Positions 1-11,974 are shown, numbered from the whole stretch's first letter. The stretch is 63,054 bases of DNA, filler included, from Octopus bimaculoides (GCF_001194135.2; 7 parts of 7 records of this genome joined end to end with filler, not necessarily neighbours in it), one strand, 5' to 3'. Made by a program: numbers and translations. The notes: generated by a model from the letters alone, not told the origin.

Positions 1-32
<32 letters not shown>

Positions 33-35
<3 letters not shown>

Positions 36-185
36 ACGGGCTTTTTTCAGTTTCCGTCAACCAAATGTACTCATAAGGCTTTTGGTTGGACCGAAGCCAT
101 AGCAGAACGGACTTGCCCAAGGTACTGGACTGAACCCGAAACCATGCGATTGTGAAGCAATTTTCTTAACCACACAACCACTCCC
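33..185 (-). mobile_element. tRNA-derived SINE, 5' (head) half, next to a (TA)n tract
   Basis: Clearly homologous to 55070-55230 and 58808-58970 (gggcttctttcagtttccgtc...acttgcccaagg...gggactgaaccc...cttaccac). The reverse complement gives a tRNA-like head. Confidence 0.75.
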
Positions 186-559
186 AGAAATACCAAGAAT
201 CAGTTCCAAACCATTGTAATTGGTAACGATTACCTCTAATCCTTTACTTAGATCCTGGAATGGTACTATACCGTCAAAGAATGTTCAGAGCCACATCAAC
301 AGCACTTACGTCCTTAAAATGCTATTCTTTAAAGACAGGTTTACTAATGTTATCCCCTAAGCCAGAGATCCCCTACCAACCGGTCGTGGGCCAGTACCGG
401 GCTGCAAAAAAAGAATTTTTTTTATCTATTTTATTGACTAATGCAGTCTACAAGGTATTTCTAAATTATATAAGTATTATATATATATAATAATTAAATT
501 ATTTATTATGCGCTTTCTGGCGTTTTGCTTTGCACATAACCTCCCGTCTATGGAAAAAT

Positions 560-870
560 TGTCTTGCATGAAACTAGTCAGCGGTGCCAAAAAACGGTGT
601 GAATCGCTGCACTAGGCGATCCGTATGGAGGAACTAAATATACAAGTTGCGCACTCTGGATCTTCCCTGAGACAAAATTCCTATCTGGGAATCGATATGT
701 GCGGCAGCAATGTAAACACTCAGACCAACTAGCCCCAATTATGCAGACGTGTGTTGACGGACTTTAGTAAAGCATTTAATAACAGAAGAAAATCTATCGG
801 AGGTAACTTCTGTAAACTGAACATCCTCGTTAAAGAACGCAATAATATAAACAAATTATCCTATTAATCA
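560..870 (+). mobile_element. Decayed non-LTR (RTE-like) reverse transcriptase fragment
   Basis: Translates to SAVPKNG (cf. IPVPKKG) and VLTDFSKAFNNRRKS (cf. FVDFSKAFDSI), in the order of RT subdomains 1-3, broken by stops and frameshifts. Confidence 0.4.
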
Positions 871-1636
871 CTGACACCATAAAAAAAAAAACAGAAAACG
901 AAATGTTTGGAAATATGAGGAACTAGTAACTTGTTATTTATAAATCAAATCCCGTCAAAAACAACAGACAAGATATGTGTGACCTTAATAGATTAATGTA
1001 ACTTTACTAATCGGCGCACCACATTCCCACATATCTGTGGAGATTGGTTCGAGGCTAGCACTACAATTTCTTTTCATTAGATATTTTGAAATATTAACAG
1101 ATAAAGTAAAAGTGAAAACCGTTCGTTTGCTTTTCTTTCCATTCTTGCATTTTAAACTAAGAGCTTTCTAAAACACTTCCCCTATTCCAGAACCCTTCGT
1201 GTAAACTGTACCTCGTTTATACACGCACAAACACATACATCATTTCGTTTCAGTCACGACTTTGATTTGTTCTATTTTCGGTCGAATTGTTTGATTACGT
1301 AAACAAACCAACACCGGTTTCCAACGGTACATTTTACATGCCGATATNNNNNNNNNNNNNNNNNNNNNNNNNNNNNNNNNNNNNNNNNNNNNNNNNNNNN
1401 NNNNNNNNNNNNNNNNNNNNNNNNNNNNNNNNNNNNNNNNNNNNNNNNNNNNNNNNNNNNNNNNNNNNNNNNNNNNNNNNNNNNNNNNNNNNNNNNNNNN
1501 NNNNNNNNNNNNNNNNNNNNNNNNNNNNNNNNNNNNNNNNNNNNNNNNNNNNNNNNNNNNNNNNNNNNNNNNNNNNNNNNNNNNNNNNNNNNNNNNNNNN
1601 NNNNNNNNNNNNNNNNNNNNNNNNNNNNNNNNNNNN

Positions 1637-1705
<69 letters not shown>

Positions 1706-1831
1706 CTGATATATATATATATATATATATATTGATAGAAAGATACATACATACGAAAACAAAATTAATTTCACTTCTAAAAAGCAATTTGCATTCTACT
1801 GAAAACTTCAACATATCGGCATAGTAACATC

Positions 1832-1875
1832 GGTCTAACTTCAGTCTAACTTTAGTCTAACCTGAGTCTAACCTT
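1832..1875. repeat. 11-bp tandem repeat x4 (AGTCTAACYTN)
   Basis: ggtctaacttc agtctaacttt agtctaacctg agtctaacctt, read directly. Confidence 0.85.
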
Positions 1876-3223
1876 CATAAAAAAAAAGAAAAGAAATCAC
1901 TAAGTTTCGCAACTATAAGAAGACGACGTAGAAATGTTGAAAGGCAACGGGAAGATCTTCAGGTAAAAGGAGGGGAAAAAACCATAGAGATCAACTTTAA
2001 TGACACAGAACTTATAGTGAAATAAGGGCGTATTTTATACTTGCTATAACAAGAATAATAGGAGAAATTGGAATTGACAAGAGGGCAGAGTTGGCCCCGA
2101 AAAACTGCGCTATTGAGGACATTTGGGATTTTGAGATTGATTCTTGAGTGTTGAGTGTCTTCCAAGATAGATTAACGTGAGGGTAGGAAAGGCTATAATT
2201 TGTGGAAAGAGGAGACCCAGTGTGAGTCCTCACGGAACCAAGCAGAGCAAATAAGACCGAGAGCTCTGAAGGGTACAAGGATAATGATGATGATGATGAT
2301 GATGACGACGACAGCAACAACACTAATAAAATCTATAAAGTATCATATCACATTTAAGGAAAAGATGTAATTGTATGTATGTGTGTACATATATGTGTAT
2401 ATGTGTGTGTGTGTGTGTTTACATACACACACGTATATGGGAGTGTATGTGTGTATGCCTGCATCTATCTAATATATATATATGCATGTATATACATGCA
2501 TATATGTGTGTATATATATATGCAGACACACATGTATATGCAAGTGTATGTATGTATGTATGCATCTATCTATCTATCTATATATCTTTCTTTATATATA
2601 NNNNNNNNNNNNNNNNNNNNNNNNNNNNNNNNNNNNNNNNNNNNNNNNNNNNNNNNNNNNNNNNNNNNNNNNNNNNNNNNNNNNNNNNNNNNNNNNNNNN
2701 NNNNNNNNNNNNNNNNNNNNNNNNNNNNNNNNNNNNNNNNNNNNNNNNNNNNNNNNNNNNNNNNNNNNNNNNNNNNNNNNNNNNNNNNNNNNNNNNNNNN
2801 NNNNNNNNNNNNNNNNNNNNNNNNNNNNNNNNNNNNNNNNNNNNNNNNNNNNNNNNNNNNNNNNTATATATATACAACAGATTTACAATATCGAGTGGTG
2901 ATGGACTATAACCACAGACCCTGTCACAGGAAAACTCAGAGACGCAGAGTTCTTTACTAATCTAAATAATATTGTTGGCTTGGTGTACTAACAGAGAGCT
3001 TGTAAAGTATTTTGCGTGGACTGATAATCCTTCGTACATCGGCAACATTCACTAATTCCTGAAGTGGGGTTCATAACCCTGAAATATTAAATGCAGGGTG
3101 GGTCACCATTAATTCATATGTCTGTTTTCTTGTGATTTACCTTGGATTTATTTCGCATTGTTCCGGCTTTACCCACGAATTTTATATAACATATTCCACA
3201 CAATGCTTCATACTAACTATTCC

Positions 3224-3258
<35 letters not shown>

Positions 3259-3959
3259 NNNNNNNNNNNNNNNNNNNNNNNNNNNNNNNNNNNNNNNNNN
3301 NNNNNNNNNNNNNNNNNNNNNNNNNNNNNNNNNNNNNNNNNNNNNNNNNNNNNNNNNNNNNNNNNNNNNNNNNNNNNNNNNNNNNNNNNNNNNNNNNNNN
3401 NNNNNNNNNNNNNNNNNNNNNNNNNNNNNNNNNNNNNNNNNNNNNNNNNNNNNNNNNNNNNNNNNNNNNNNNNNNNNNNNNNNNNNNNNNNNNNNNNNNN
3501 NNNNNNNNNNNNNNNNNNNNNNNNNNNNNNNNNNNNNNNNNNNNNNNNNNNNNNNNNNNNNNNNNNNNNNNNNNNNNNNNNNNNNNNNNNNNNNNNNNNN
3601 NNNNNNNNNNNNNNNNNNNNNNNNNNNNNNNNNNNNNNNNNNNNNNNNNNNNNNNNNNNNNNNNNNNNNNNNNNNNNNNNNNNNNNNNNNNTCTACACAC
3701 ATACATACATACATACATACATGCACAATTGCACACATACATACACACTGACACACAGACACACACATACATACATACACGCACGTGCAGAATTACCTCT
3801 AACCCATGCAGGTACATTTACACAACTCTAAACTAATAACTCACATACACACTCGGATATTCCCTAACACATATACACATGCTGTCACACGTACATACAT
3901 ACATACATACATACATACATACATACATACATACATACATACTTTAAGGTTGTAATTTG

Positions 3960-4575
3960 ACTCTGGGCCATGCCATCACTTGACTGATCATAAGATGAAC
4001 AGCGCAGATATGGTTTTCCATTCCTACTAAGGAATCCACACTGTTTTGCACAGATGTGGTAACGATGGGTGCCTCTTGCAACAGGTGTTCACAAAGCTTA
4101 CCATTCCGCCATTCCATCATGGAATTTTTCTTTCTCGGTTACGACCCGCAATAATATGCAACAATAAAAGAGATGTTAAAGTTCAAACGAAGCCTGTGCC
4201 AGAAGCTTTTTAAAACGGTGCAAGTAAAGGCCTTGCACAGGACCAATTCCACTCGATAAGTAACGAAAGTATTTTCCCCGATAGAAGAACTCGTCCACGT
4301 CATCGGATGCAAACGAAGTCACAGGTGACGCACCTGAGTTTTCCTTCTAGAAAGGTGCCTAAACATGATCTAGGGTGTCTCATGTCCAATTCTTGGATGG
4401 CCATTGACTCTTCTGAGTTCAGTCACCTTTTGACCGGTTTCATATTTTGTCCTGCAGAATAAAAACCGTCCTTCTAACCAAGGGGGCTTGGAGGGGTTTT
4501 GCCGACGGTCCTACTGTGCGACTGGTTACAGCTGGGTTGCATGTTACCAGTAGCACTAAGAGTGCCCTGACATAA
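3960..4575 (-). mobile_element. Decayed RTE-clade LINE 5' region / APE endonuclease fragment
   Basis: Minus-strand pieces ETGQKVTELRR, FFYRGK, LIEWN, RLRLNFNISFIVAY and EKEKFHD follow the order of RTE endonuclease motifs; many stops and frameshifts. Confidence 0.5.
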
Positions 4576-5253
4576 TTTACATACATACATACATACATAC
4601 ATGTATACATAAATACACAGATATATGCAGACAGGCAGGCAGGCAGGCAGGCATACATATATACACACTTGTTTGTGTTAGTGTATATGCGAGTGAATGA
4701 AAGAGAATGAATGGGAACGTGAGAGAACGAGGAAGAGAATTCCAATAAAAAACCACGGAGAAAATTCCTGGCTAAAAGTCCCGGGGAAGGGTGTGGTACA
4801 GTACAAAGCAGCGAAATAAGTTTCGAAACAAAATTGTTCAGCAATTAGATAAGAATCCGCAAAGTAATAAATATCAACGATGCAACCCAAGAAAAATTCC
4901 GAAAAAAACATCCCCTTAAAACGCAGTCTTTAGGTTAAACAACTAGTTACGAAAAAAAAAAAAGAAAAAGAAAGAAAAGAAAAAGAAGAAAAGAAAAAAG
5001 GAAGAAAAAGGAAAAGAAAAAAGTTTCTATGAAATCTTTTCAGAAATACCAGTTAAATGATTTCTAAACTGAAAACTTCATTAAAAAAATATTGCATGCA
5101 ATAAAGAGTAATTTTGTTAGAAAGAACGAAAGAACTTTGGTAAAAGAAGAAAGTAAGAAAAGAAAAAAGAAGAAAATGTAGAAAAATTAGTGAGGCAACA
5201 TTTATTATCAGTGAAAAGTCTTGATCGGTTTGCAAAGTAAAAATATTTCTTAC

Positions 5254-5281
5254 CTCTCAGACGATATTCTTCAAAGTCCAT
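5254..5281 (-). CDS. HDC: Histidine decarboxylase (group II PLP-dependent decarboxylase), first coding exon: MDFEEYRLR-G(phase 1)
   Basis: acaATGGACTTTGAAGAATATCGTCTGAGAG|gtaag. Strong Kozak context (A-3, G+4), canonical donor, in-frame upstream stop and no other ATG for 285 nt upstream. The peptide matches HDC N-termini (Drosophila MDFKEYRQRGKEMVDY, human MMEPEEYRERGREMVDY), and as I recall human HDC has a phase-1 intron at this same Gly. Exon 2 is not in the sequenced part of 1-5253. Confidence 0.75.
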
Positions 5282-5566
5282 TGTATTTTCTTCAACAGAC
5301 GATAGTTGGTAACTTTCTATCTTATTTTTTCTCTCCTTATTTACTGAAGATGTTGATGTTGTATTTGGTGTTGCTGCTACAGTATTTATTGATGGTGGTG
5401 GTGGTGGTGGTGGACGTTATTGGCGAGTTTAGATATTCCTGTCAGGCCACTCCGTTGGGAAAATGTAATATGGTTTCCCGCTCCACGGAGAGAAAAAAAT
5501 ACCACGTTGTCGTCTGCTACGTTTGGTTGGTTAGCGGAAGGAAAAGAGGCGACACTTGATTTTTAC
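5282..5566 (-). other. Putative HDC 5' UTR (ATG-free, CpG-containing, with (CCA)7)
   Basis: No ATG between a possible acceptor (tattcatag|gtaaaa, AG at 5567-5568) and the start codon. The 5' boundary is inferred. Confidence 0.4.
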
Positions 5567-5572
5567 CTATGA

Positions 5573-5606
<34 letters not shown>

Positions 5607-6255
5607 GCATATATATAAATACATATACACATATATACACACGCACGCGCGCACACAGACGCTCATATACACACACTCATGCACACACATACATACACAT
5701 ACACTCATACACATAAACACACGATTATGTATACACGCACAGATTCATGCATGCATACACACAAAACACACACACACACACACACAATCACAAACATATT
5801 CACACACACATGGACACGGACATTTTCCCACACACCCACACACACGCACGCGCATCAGTCCATCCACACACGCAGGCGCATAAACGCTGAAGCAAACGCA
5901 CACACACACACATGCATACACGCAAGCGAGTCCAACCAAACGCACATACGTACACGAAGACAGAGGCGCGTGCGCACGCAATCGCACATACACATAGACC
6001 TCCTCTTACAAACACACACATACACATGAAAACAAACGCAGTCGTACACACACTAACACAGCCGTACGCATATATAATCACAGATACAGACAGACATCAT
6101 TATATAAATGTATGGATATAGAATTTATCAATACGTACACACAGACACAGACACACACACAGACACACACACGCGCGTACGCGCGCGTGTGTGTCAATAT
6201 TTAAATAATTCAGTAATTTAATGTTAGGAATAAACAAGTGATTATCTTCAAAGAT

Positions 6256-6293
<38 letters not shown>

Positions 6294-6294
6294 T

Positions 6295-6473
6295 CTTTTA
6301 TTCGTTTACTTGTTTGAGTCGTTTTGACTGCGTCCATGCTGGAGCACCACCTCTAGTCGAACAAGTCGACCCCAAGACTTATTCTATCAATCTCTTTGGT
6401 CACACTGCTAAGTTACGGTGACGTAAACACACAAACATCGATTGCCAAGCGATGGTGCGGGGGTAGGGGTGGG
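6295..6473 (-). mobile_element. SINE, 3' half (cagtcatt...gctggagcacc...gacccc...ctaagttac family)
   Basis: Homologous copies at about 16860-17060, 22600-22810, 24475-24660, 24860-25070, 49670-49810 and 52630-52675. Confidence 0.75.
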
Positions 6474-6573
6474 NNNNNNNNNNNNNNNNNNNNNNNNNNN
6501 NNNNNNNNNNNNNNNNNTTAATTAATTAANNNNNNNNNNNNNNNNNNNNNNNNNNNNNNNNNNNNNNNNNNNN
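6474..6573. other. Assembly join marker: 44N + TTAATTAATTAA + 44N (artefact)
   Basis: Exactly 100 bp. An identical construct recurs at 15630-15729, 24697-24796, 43675-43774, 54916-55015 and 61401-61500. The 12-mer is a palindrome giving TAA stops in all six frames. Confidence 0.95.
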
Positions 6574-6619
<46 letters not shown>

Positions 6620-6862
6620 CCTATCTCTCCTCTCTCTCTCTTTCTTACTTTATATATATATATATATATGATCCATTTATGCATGTAGGTGTTCATACGT
6701 ATGTTAAGTTGCGTCATGTAGAATATATAAATACATATATACATATATACATATACATATATATATATGTATGTATATATATATATGTATGTATATATAT
6801 ATGTATGTATATATATATGTATGTATATATATATATGTATGTATATATATATGTATGTATGA

Positions 6863-6951
<89 letters not shown>

Positions 6952-7126
6952 TATGTATATATGAATGTGTACACACAGATACATACATATATATACATAG
7001 ATACACACACAAGCACACAAGCACACACACACACACACATATATATTCGTCTGCATGAGTCTACATGTGTGTGGGTGTTATGAATGTATATCTATACATA
7101 AAGTATGTTTATACACGTGTATGTGC

Positions 7127-7177
<51 letters not shown>

Positions 7178-7212
7178 CCTATTTATGTATGAGTATATAT
7201 GTGTACGTATAT
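6574..7212. repeat. Compound microsatellite block: (CT)n, (TA)n, (TATG)n, (GATA)n, (CA)n
   Basis: Read directly; this is the source of the spurious YIYI/CVCV ORFs. Confidence 0.95.
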
Positions 7213-8064
7213 NNNNNNNNNNNNNNNNNNNNNNNNNNNNNNNNNNNNNNNNNNNNNNNNNNNNNNNNNNNNNNNNNNNNNNNNNNNNNNNNNNNNNNNN
7301 NNNNNNNNNNNNNNNNNNNNNNNNNNNNNNNNNNNNNNNNNNNNNNNNNNNNNNNNNNNNNNNNNNNNNNNNNNNNNNNNNNNNNNNNNNNNNNNNNNNN
7401 NNNNNNNNNNNNNNNNNNNNNNNNNNNNNNNNNNNNNNNNNNNNNNNNNNNNNNNNNNNNNNNNNNNNNNNNNNNNNNNNNNNNNNNNNNNNNNNNNNNN
7501 NNNNNNNNNNNNNNNNNNNNNNNNNNNNNNNNNNNNNNNNNNNNNNNNNNNNNNNNNNNNNNNNNNNNNNNNNNNNNNNNNNNNNNNNNNNNNNNNNNNN
7601 NNNNNNNNNNNNNNNNNNNNNNNNNNNNNNNNNNNNNNNNNNNNNNNNNNNNNNNNNNNNNNNNNNNNNNNNNNNNNNNNNNNNNNNNNNNNNNNNNNNN
7701 NNNNNNNNNNNNNNNNNNNNNNNNNNNNNNNNNNNNNNNNNNNNNNNNNNNNNNNNNNNNNNNNNNNNNNNNNNNNNNNNNNNNNNNNNNNNNNNNNNNN
7801 NNNNNNNNNNNNNNNNNNNNNNNNNNNNNNNNNNNNNNNNNNNNNNNNNNNNNNNNNNNNNNNNNNNNNNNNNNNNNNNNNNNNNNNNNNNNNNNNNNNN
7901 NNNNNNNNNNNNNNNNNNNNNNNNNNNNNNNNNNNNNNNNNNNNNNNNNNNNNNNNNNNNNNNNNNNNNNNNCCTAGATACGTTGAGATGAATTATGGCA
8001 GGCATGAATTTGATAGGAAGTACTGAGCAGAAATATCTTTAATCAATTAAGGTTGAACAGGAGT

Positions 8065-8097
<33 letters not shown>

Positions 8098-8418
8098 GCA
8101 ACAGCAGCAGCAGCAGCAGCAACAACAACAACAACAACAACTACGACGACCATATAAGTTATTTGGAACCTGAAATTATACTACATCGCAGCAACATGTT
8201 AAGACGAAGGTAGTGTCGTCGCTGTTCTAACATCGATCCAATAGATTTAGTTTCAGCATCGAATACTTTCATCCAGTTAATACTCAATTAAAAGGATGAT
8301 CGTATACTTTTAACAAAGCACAGACCTCTTGGCTAACATCTAATATCCAACTCAGGACAACAAGAAACCCCTGAAACATCGTTATTTATTAATGTTCCTA
8401 AGTAAAAGTGATAGTCAT

Positions 8419-8639
8419 CTTAATGGCTACGGGTGTTGGACTTATGATCATAAGATTGTGGTTTCGATTCCTGGACCAAGATTCCTGGACCAGGCAACGC
8501 GTTGTTGCTCCAGTCCACTCAGCTGGGAAAAATGAGTAATATCCTGCGATGGACCGGCGTCCCGTCCAGGAGGGGAATTTATATGCCACGGAAATCGGGA
8601 AACTAGCCCGATGAGTCTATATGATTCGCGAAGGAACCT

Positions 8640-8681
<42 letters not shown>
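8419..8681 (+). mobile_element. tRNA-derived SINE with CORE-like and V-domain-like segments and an (ACT)n tail
   Basis: B-box ggtttcgattcc; gttgctccagtccactcagctgg...aaaatgagta (CORE-like); cctgcgatggaccggcgtcccgtccagg (V-domain-like, 8543-8575); (ACT)n tail at 8640-8681. Confidence 0.6.
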
Positions 8682-9803
8682 ATATCGAAGTTTCTTTTTT
8701 CAGGAAGGTGTTGTGCGATGTAACATTTTTATGGTTTTAAAAAATCCAAGACTATGTTGATTGGTTTTTTTTTTTTGTTTTAACCTCAGGCCTTTTTGAT
8801 TCTGCAGACTTATACTCAACAGGGTTTCTTCACACACATATTATACATTATTCTTCTCAGTAAAGTGTAGTCAGGGTCCTTGAATATCTGGCTGCTCGCC
8901 TCCTTAACTCCGCCATAACAACCTCTTCCATTGCCTTATCTTACAAAGGAACCTGTGGCTTTGTAAATTGTAGTGAAGGGAAAAGTGTCAATCGACACAT
9001 CAGCTGAGGCCTTGAGAGACAGAAAGCTAAGGATGAGTCCATGGATATTTGACGGCTCCCTTTCTTAAACCACTGACAGCTTCTTTCATTGCATTATTTA
9101 ATAAAGTCTCCCGTGGCTTATGTGGAATAATAATAGTAAATAGTGCAATATCCAAGTGGCGTAACTATATACCAACAAAGGTGTTTTAGTTATTTTATCT
9201 GATCATGAAAATCTGTAAGACATAGTACGAATGCTAACAATTGTGCAAACTGAAATCTAATCTCAAACATATTAATACACAAAATACAGGAGTGAAATAT
9301 AATTTTGTAAATAATTATAGTGTACAGACAACATGTTAGTTTAGTATTCGATTGGTAGATTACCAAATTTATCTAATAACAGTCTTCAGTAAAGTAGGGG
9401 GTGTACTTGAAAAGGTTGATTTACGTCGAACAAAATGCACGAGTCTAATGAACTGTACTGACGTTATGTGAGGAGTTAGTTGACGCCTTATGAATGTTAA
9501 AATACTCGTTATTCATTGACGGATCAATTGATATAAACATCAGAAAACTGTGCTGACCTGAGAGGTATTTTTCCTGTAAGTATGAAAGAGTGCAATCATA
9601 TTTTTATTAGAGATAATTCTTGCTGTATCAACAACTGCGAAAGTCTTTAGAGTGCAACTGAAAGTTAGGGAAGAGAAGAACAAATAGAAAAAGCAAGAGG
9701 CAGAAGTTAAAAAAAAAAACAATAACAGAAAATCAAACGATTTTTATGTTATTCCTTGAACAAATTATTCTTTCGACAGTATTAATTGGCTTTATGCAAT
9801 TTG

Positions 9804-10075
9804 GAAATGGTAAATGTGAAACTGAAATTAGATGACGAATAAAGATTGCAAAGAAAACATTTGAAAACATGTCCAAAGCTTTAACATCAAGCAATATATA
9901 TACACAGAAACAAGAAACAGTCTGTGTAGATGTTACATATGGCCAACACTATTATATGGTATAAGCATGAACATTGACGAAAACTCTATGCAACCAACTA
10001 GAAGATTTTGAAACGTGGACAACAAGAAGAATGCTAAGAATATCTTGGATAAAACAGAAAACTAATAAAGAAGTG
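9804..10075 (+). mobile_element. RTE-clade LINE ORF C-terminal fragment
   Basis: NGKCETEIR*RIKIAKKTFENMSK...CYIWPTLLYG...QLEDFETWTTRRMLRISWIKQKTNKEV matches the RTE post-RT region (CYVWSTLLYG, RRMLKISW...TNEEV). Confidence 0.8.
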
Positions 10076-10430
10076 CCAGTACAAAAAGGTCATTACATTA
10101 GTTGCCGTTCTGGAATAATATTTTCCTAACATGTTGGCCGGCAGGTTGTTGGAAACCTATCCTCGGCAAGGTGAATTTCGGTACCCTTATGTGTATAATC
10201 TCTTGAAGTTTTTACTTTTTTTTCTGCCATGTTTGTTGGCATATCTGACACACCCCATTTTCTGTAGTGCATATTCAGAAAAATAGTTCTAGTGCTTTAA
10301 AGCATATAATATAGGTCTATTTTTGTGTATAGGACCGGGGTGACTTTTTGAGACATCTTGGGGAAAAAAGTACATCTTATATACCATCAAATGTAGTACA
10401 ACTTTTATATTTACAATAAACAACTCAACA

Positions 10431-10829
10431 GGAGGTAATATTTATCCTCACTTAAATGCGGATGTTCTGTCAGAACAAGCTATACTGCGGTAGATAGCTT
10501 GAGAGAAATTCTGATATTGGCTTTTGGTACAAAATGTACTCTTGTTTATATCGATAGTGGGGGGGGGGGAGTAAATCCCCCCCGCCATCTCCAGCGCCGA
10601 AACCACTAGTCCACGTGATTTCGACTTTCTTTGGTCTCATCAATGATATTTAGAGAAACAATACCAGAAGAGGAGCGATTAACTTGTGAGCTTGTTAAAA
10701 AATGTGTATTAACGACAGAGGCAGTATTAATATCAAAAGCCAATATGGGAGTTTCTCTCATGACATCTACTGCAGTATTGTTTGTTCTGACAGAACATCC
10801 ACGTTTAAGTTGGGATAAATGTTACCTCC
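10431..10829. mobile_element. MITE-like element with about 96-bp terminal inverted repeats
   Basis: 10431-10526 (ggaggtaatatttatcc...gatgttctgtcagaaca...atattggcttttg) is the reverse complement of 10734-10829 at roughly 80% identity by eye. No clear TSD. Confidence 0.7.
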
Positions 10830-10938
10830 CGGTATTAATACTGTCTGTGTCGCTGATATATACTTTTACAAGAATAAAGTTTACCAGAGTAAAAACCTTC
10901 AAATTTAAAAGTCTTTATACAATATATTAAAGTGTTAA

Positions 10939-11190
10939 GGCAGCGAGCTGGCAGAAACGTTAGCACGCCGGGCGAAATGCTTAGCGGTACTTCGTCTGTC
11001 TTTACGTTCTGAGTCCAAATTCCGCCGAGGTCGACTTTGCCTTTCATCCTTTCGAGGTCGATAAATTAAGTATCAGTTGCGTACTGGGGTCGATCTAATC
11101 GACTGGCCCCTCCCCCCAAAATTTCAGGCCTTGTGCCTAGAGTAGAAAAGCGTTAAGTCAGCGAGCTNNNNNNNNNNTAGTATAGAAAAG
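10939..11190 (+). mobile_element. tRNA-derived SINE (Meta-domain-like gcctttcatcctttcgaggtcgataa core) with 18-bp TSD
   Basis: Direct repeat aatatattaaagtgttaa at 10921-10938 and 11191-11208. Related copies at about 11360-11520, 41490-41575, 50190-50285 and 50530-50770. Confidence 0.85.
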
Positions 11191-11574
11191 AATATATTAA
11201 AGTGTTAAATTTATTTGAATTACTCTTTTAATTTCGAAAGTACTAAACATATGATGTGACGCCTCTAGCCAGTGACACCCCGGACCAATACCCGAGTTGC
11301 TCGTAGCTTCCAGTGACCCATACCCTTTTGCAGATATGCCTTGTCCGCATCTATTTTCGGTGAGTTGGCAGAATCTTCAGTGTATCTGACAAAATGCTTA
11401 GCAGTATTTCTTTACATCCCGAGCTCAAAAACTCCCGAAGTCGACATTGTCATTCATCCTTTTAGGGGTCGATAAAATAAAGTATCAGTCAAATACTGGG
11501 GTCGATGTAATCGACTAACAGAATCTTCTTAAAACTGCTGGTTTTGTACTGAGAAGGAAGTGCTCTCTCTTCAA

Positions 11575-11928
11575 GTGAATTTGCCAAAAGGTGGGTGATT
11601 GTGACAAAAATGGTTAGCATGAATGGAACTAATCAAAGCATGAGCCTGTAAATTGGAGAAGAACACTTGGCGAAGACTTGTGCTTTTGATGGTTAGGGTG
11701 ATTCTGGATCTGTGAGGTTCCTTGATTGGCCCTAACTGGAGGTTCTCTTGCTTCAGGAGGACTGCATCATAGTTGTGTGCACATACTTTGTATACTTTTA
11801 TCTCATTTCACCTTCCCTTTCCCTTTCTTTCCCCTCATCTTGTTTTGTAAACCCCCCACACCCACATAAATTGGAAACTGCTCTTGTAATGTTCCCCTCA
11901 TCTGTGCCCCTGAAGTAAATAAAAGAAA
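11575..11928 (+). mobile_element. 3' end of Tx1-like (L1 clade) LINE
   Basis: Homologous to the minus-strand copies at 34935-35110 and 35650-35830 (ggttag.gtgaatggaact...ttggaga...gggtgatt...ggttccttga.tggccc...caggaggact). Ends in aaataaaagaaata plus an (ATG)n tail. Confidence 0.55.
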
Positions 11929-11942
11929 TAATGATGGTGATA

Positions 11943-11974
<32 letters not shown>

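Noticed and set aside
1920-2280. Purine-rich stretches (also 31640-31915, 45290-45560, 51110-51440) as LINE 3' ends or coding exons
   Set aside because: Only a vague resemblance to jockey/CR1-type tails; I could not anchor a diagnostic motif, so they are not annotated.
6518-6529. Recurrent TTAATTAATTAA as a biological motif (homeodomain or piggyBac site)
   Set aside because: It is always centred in exactly 44N+44N, so it is an assembly linker.
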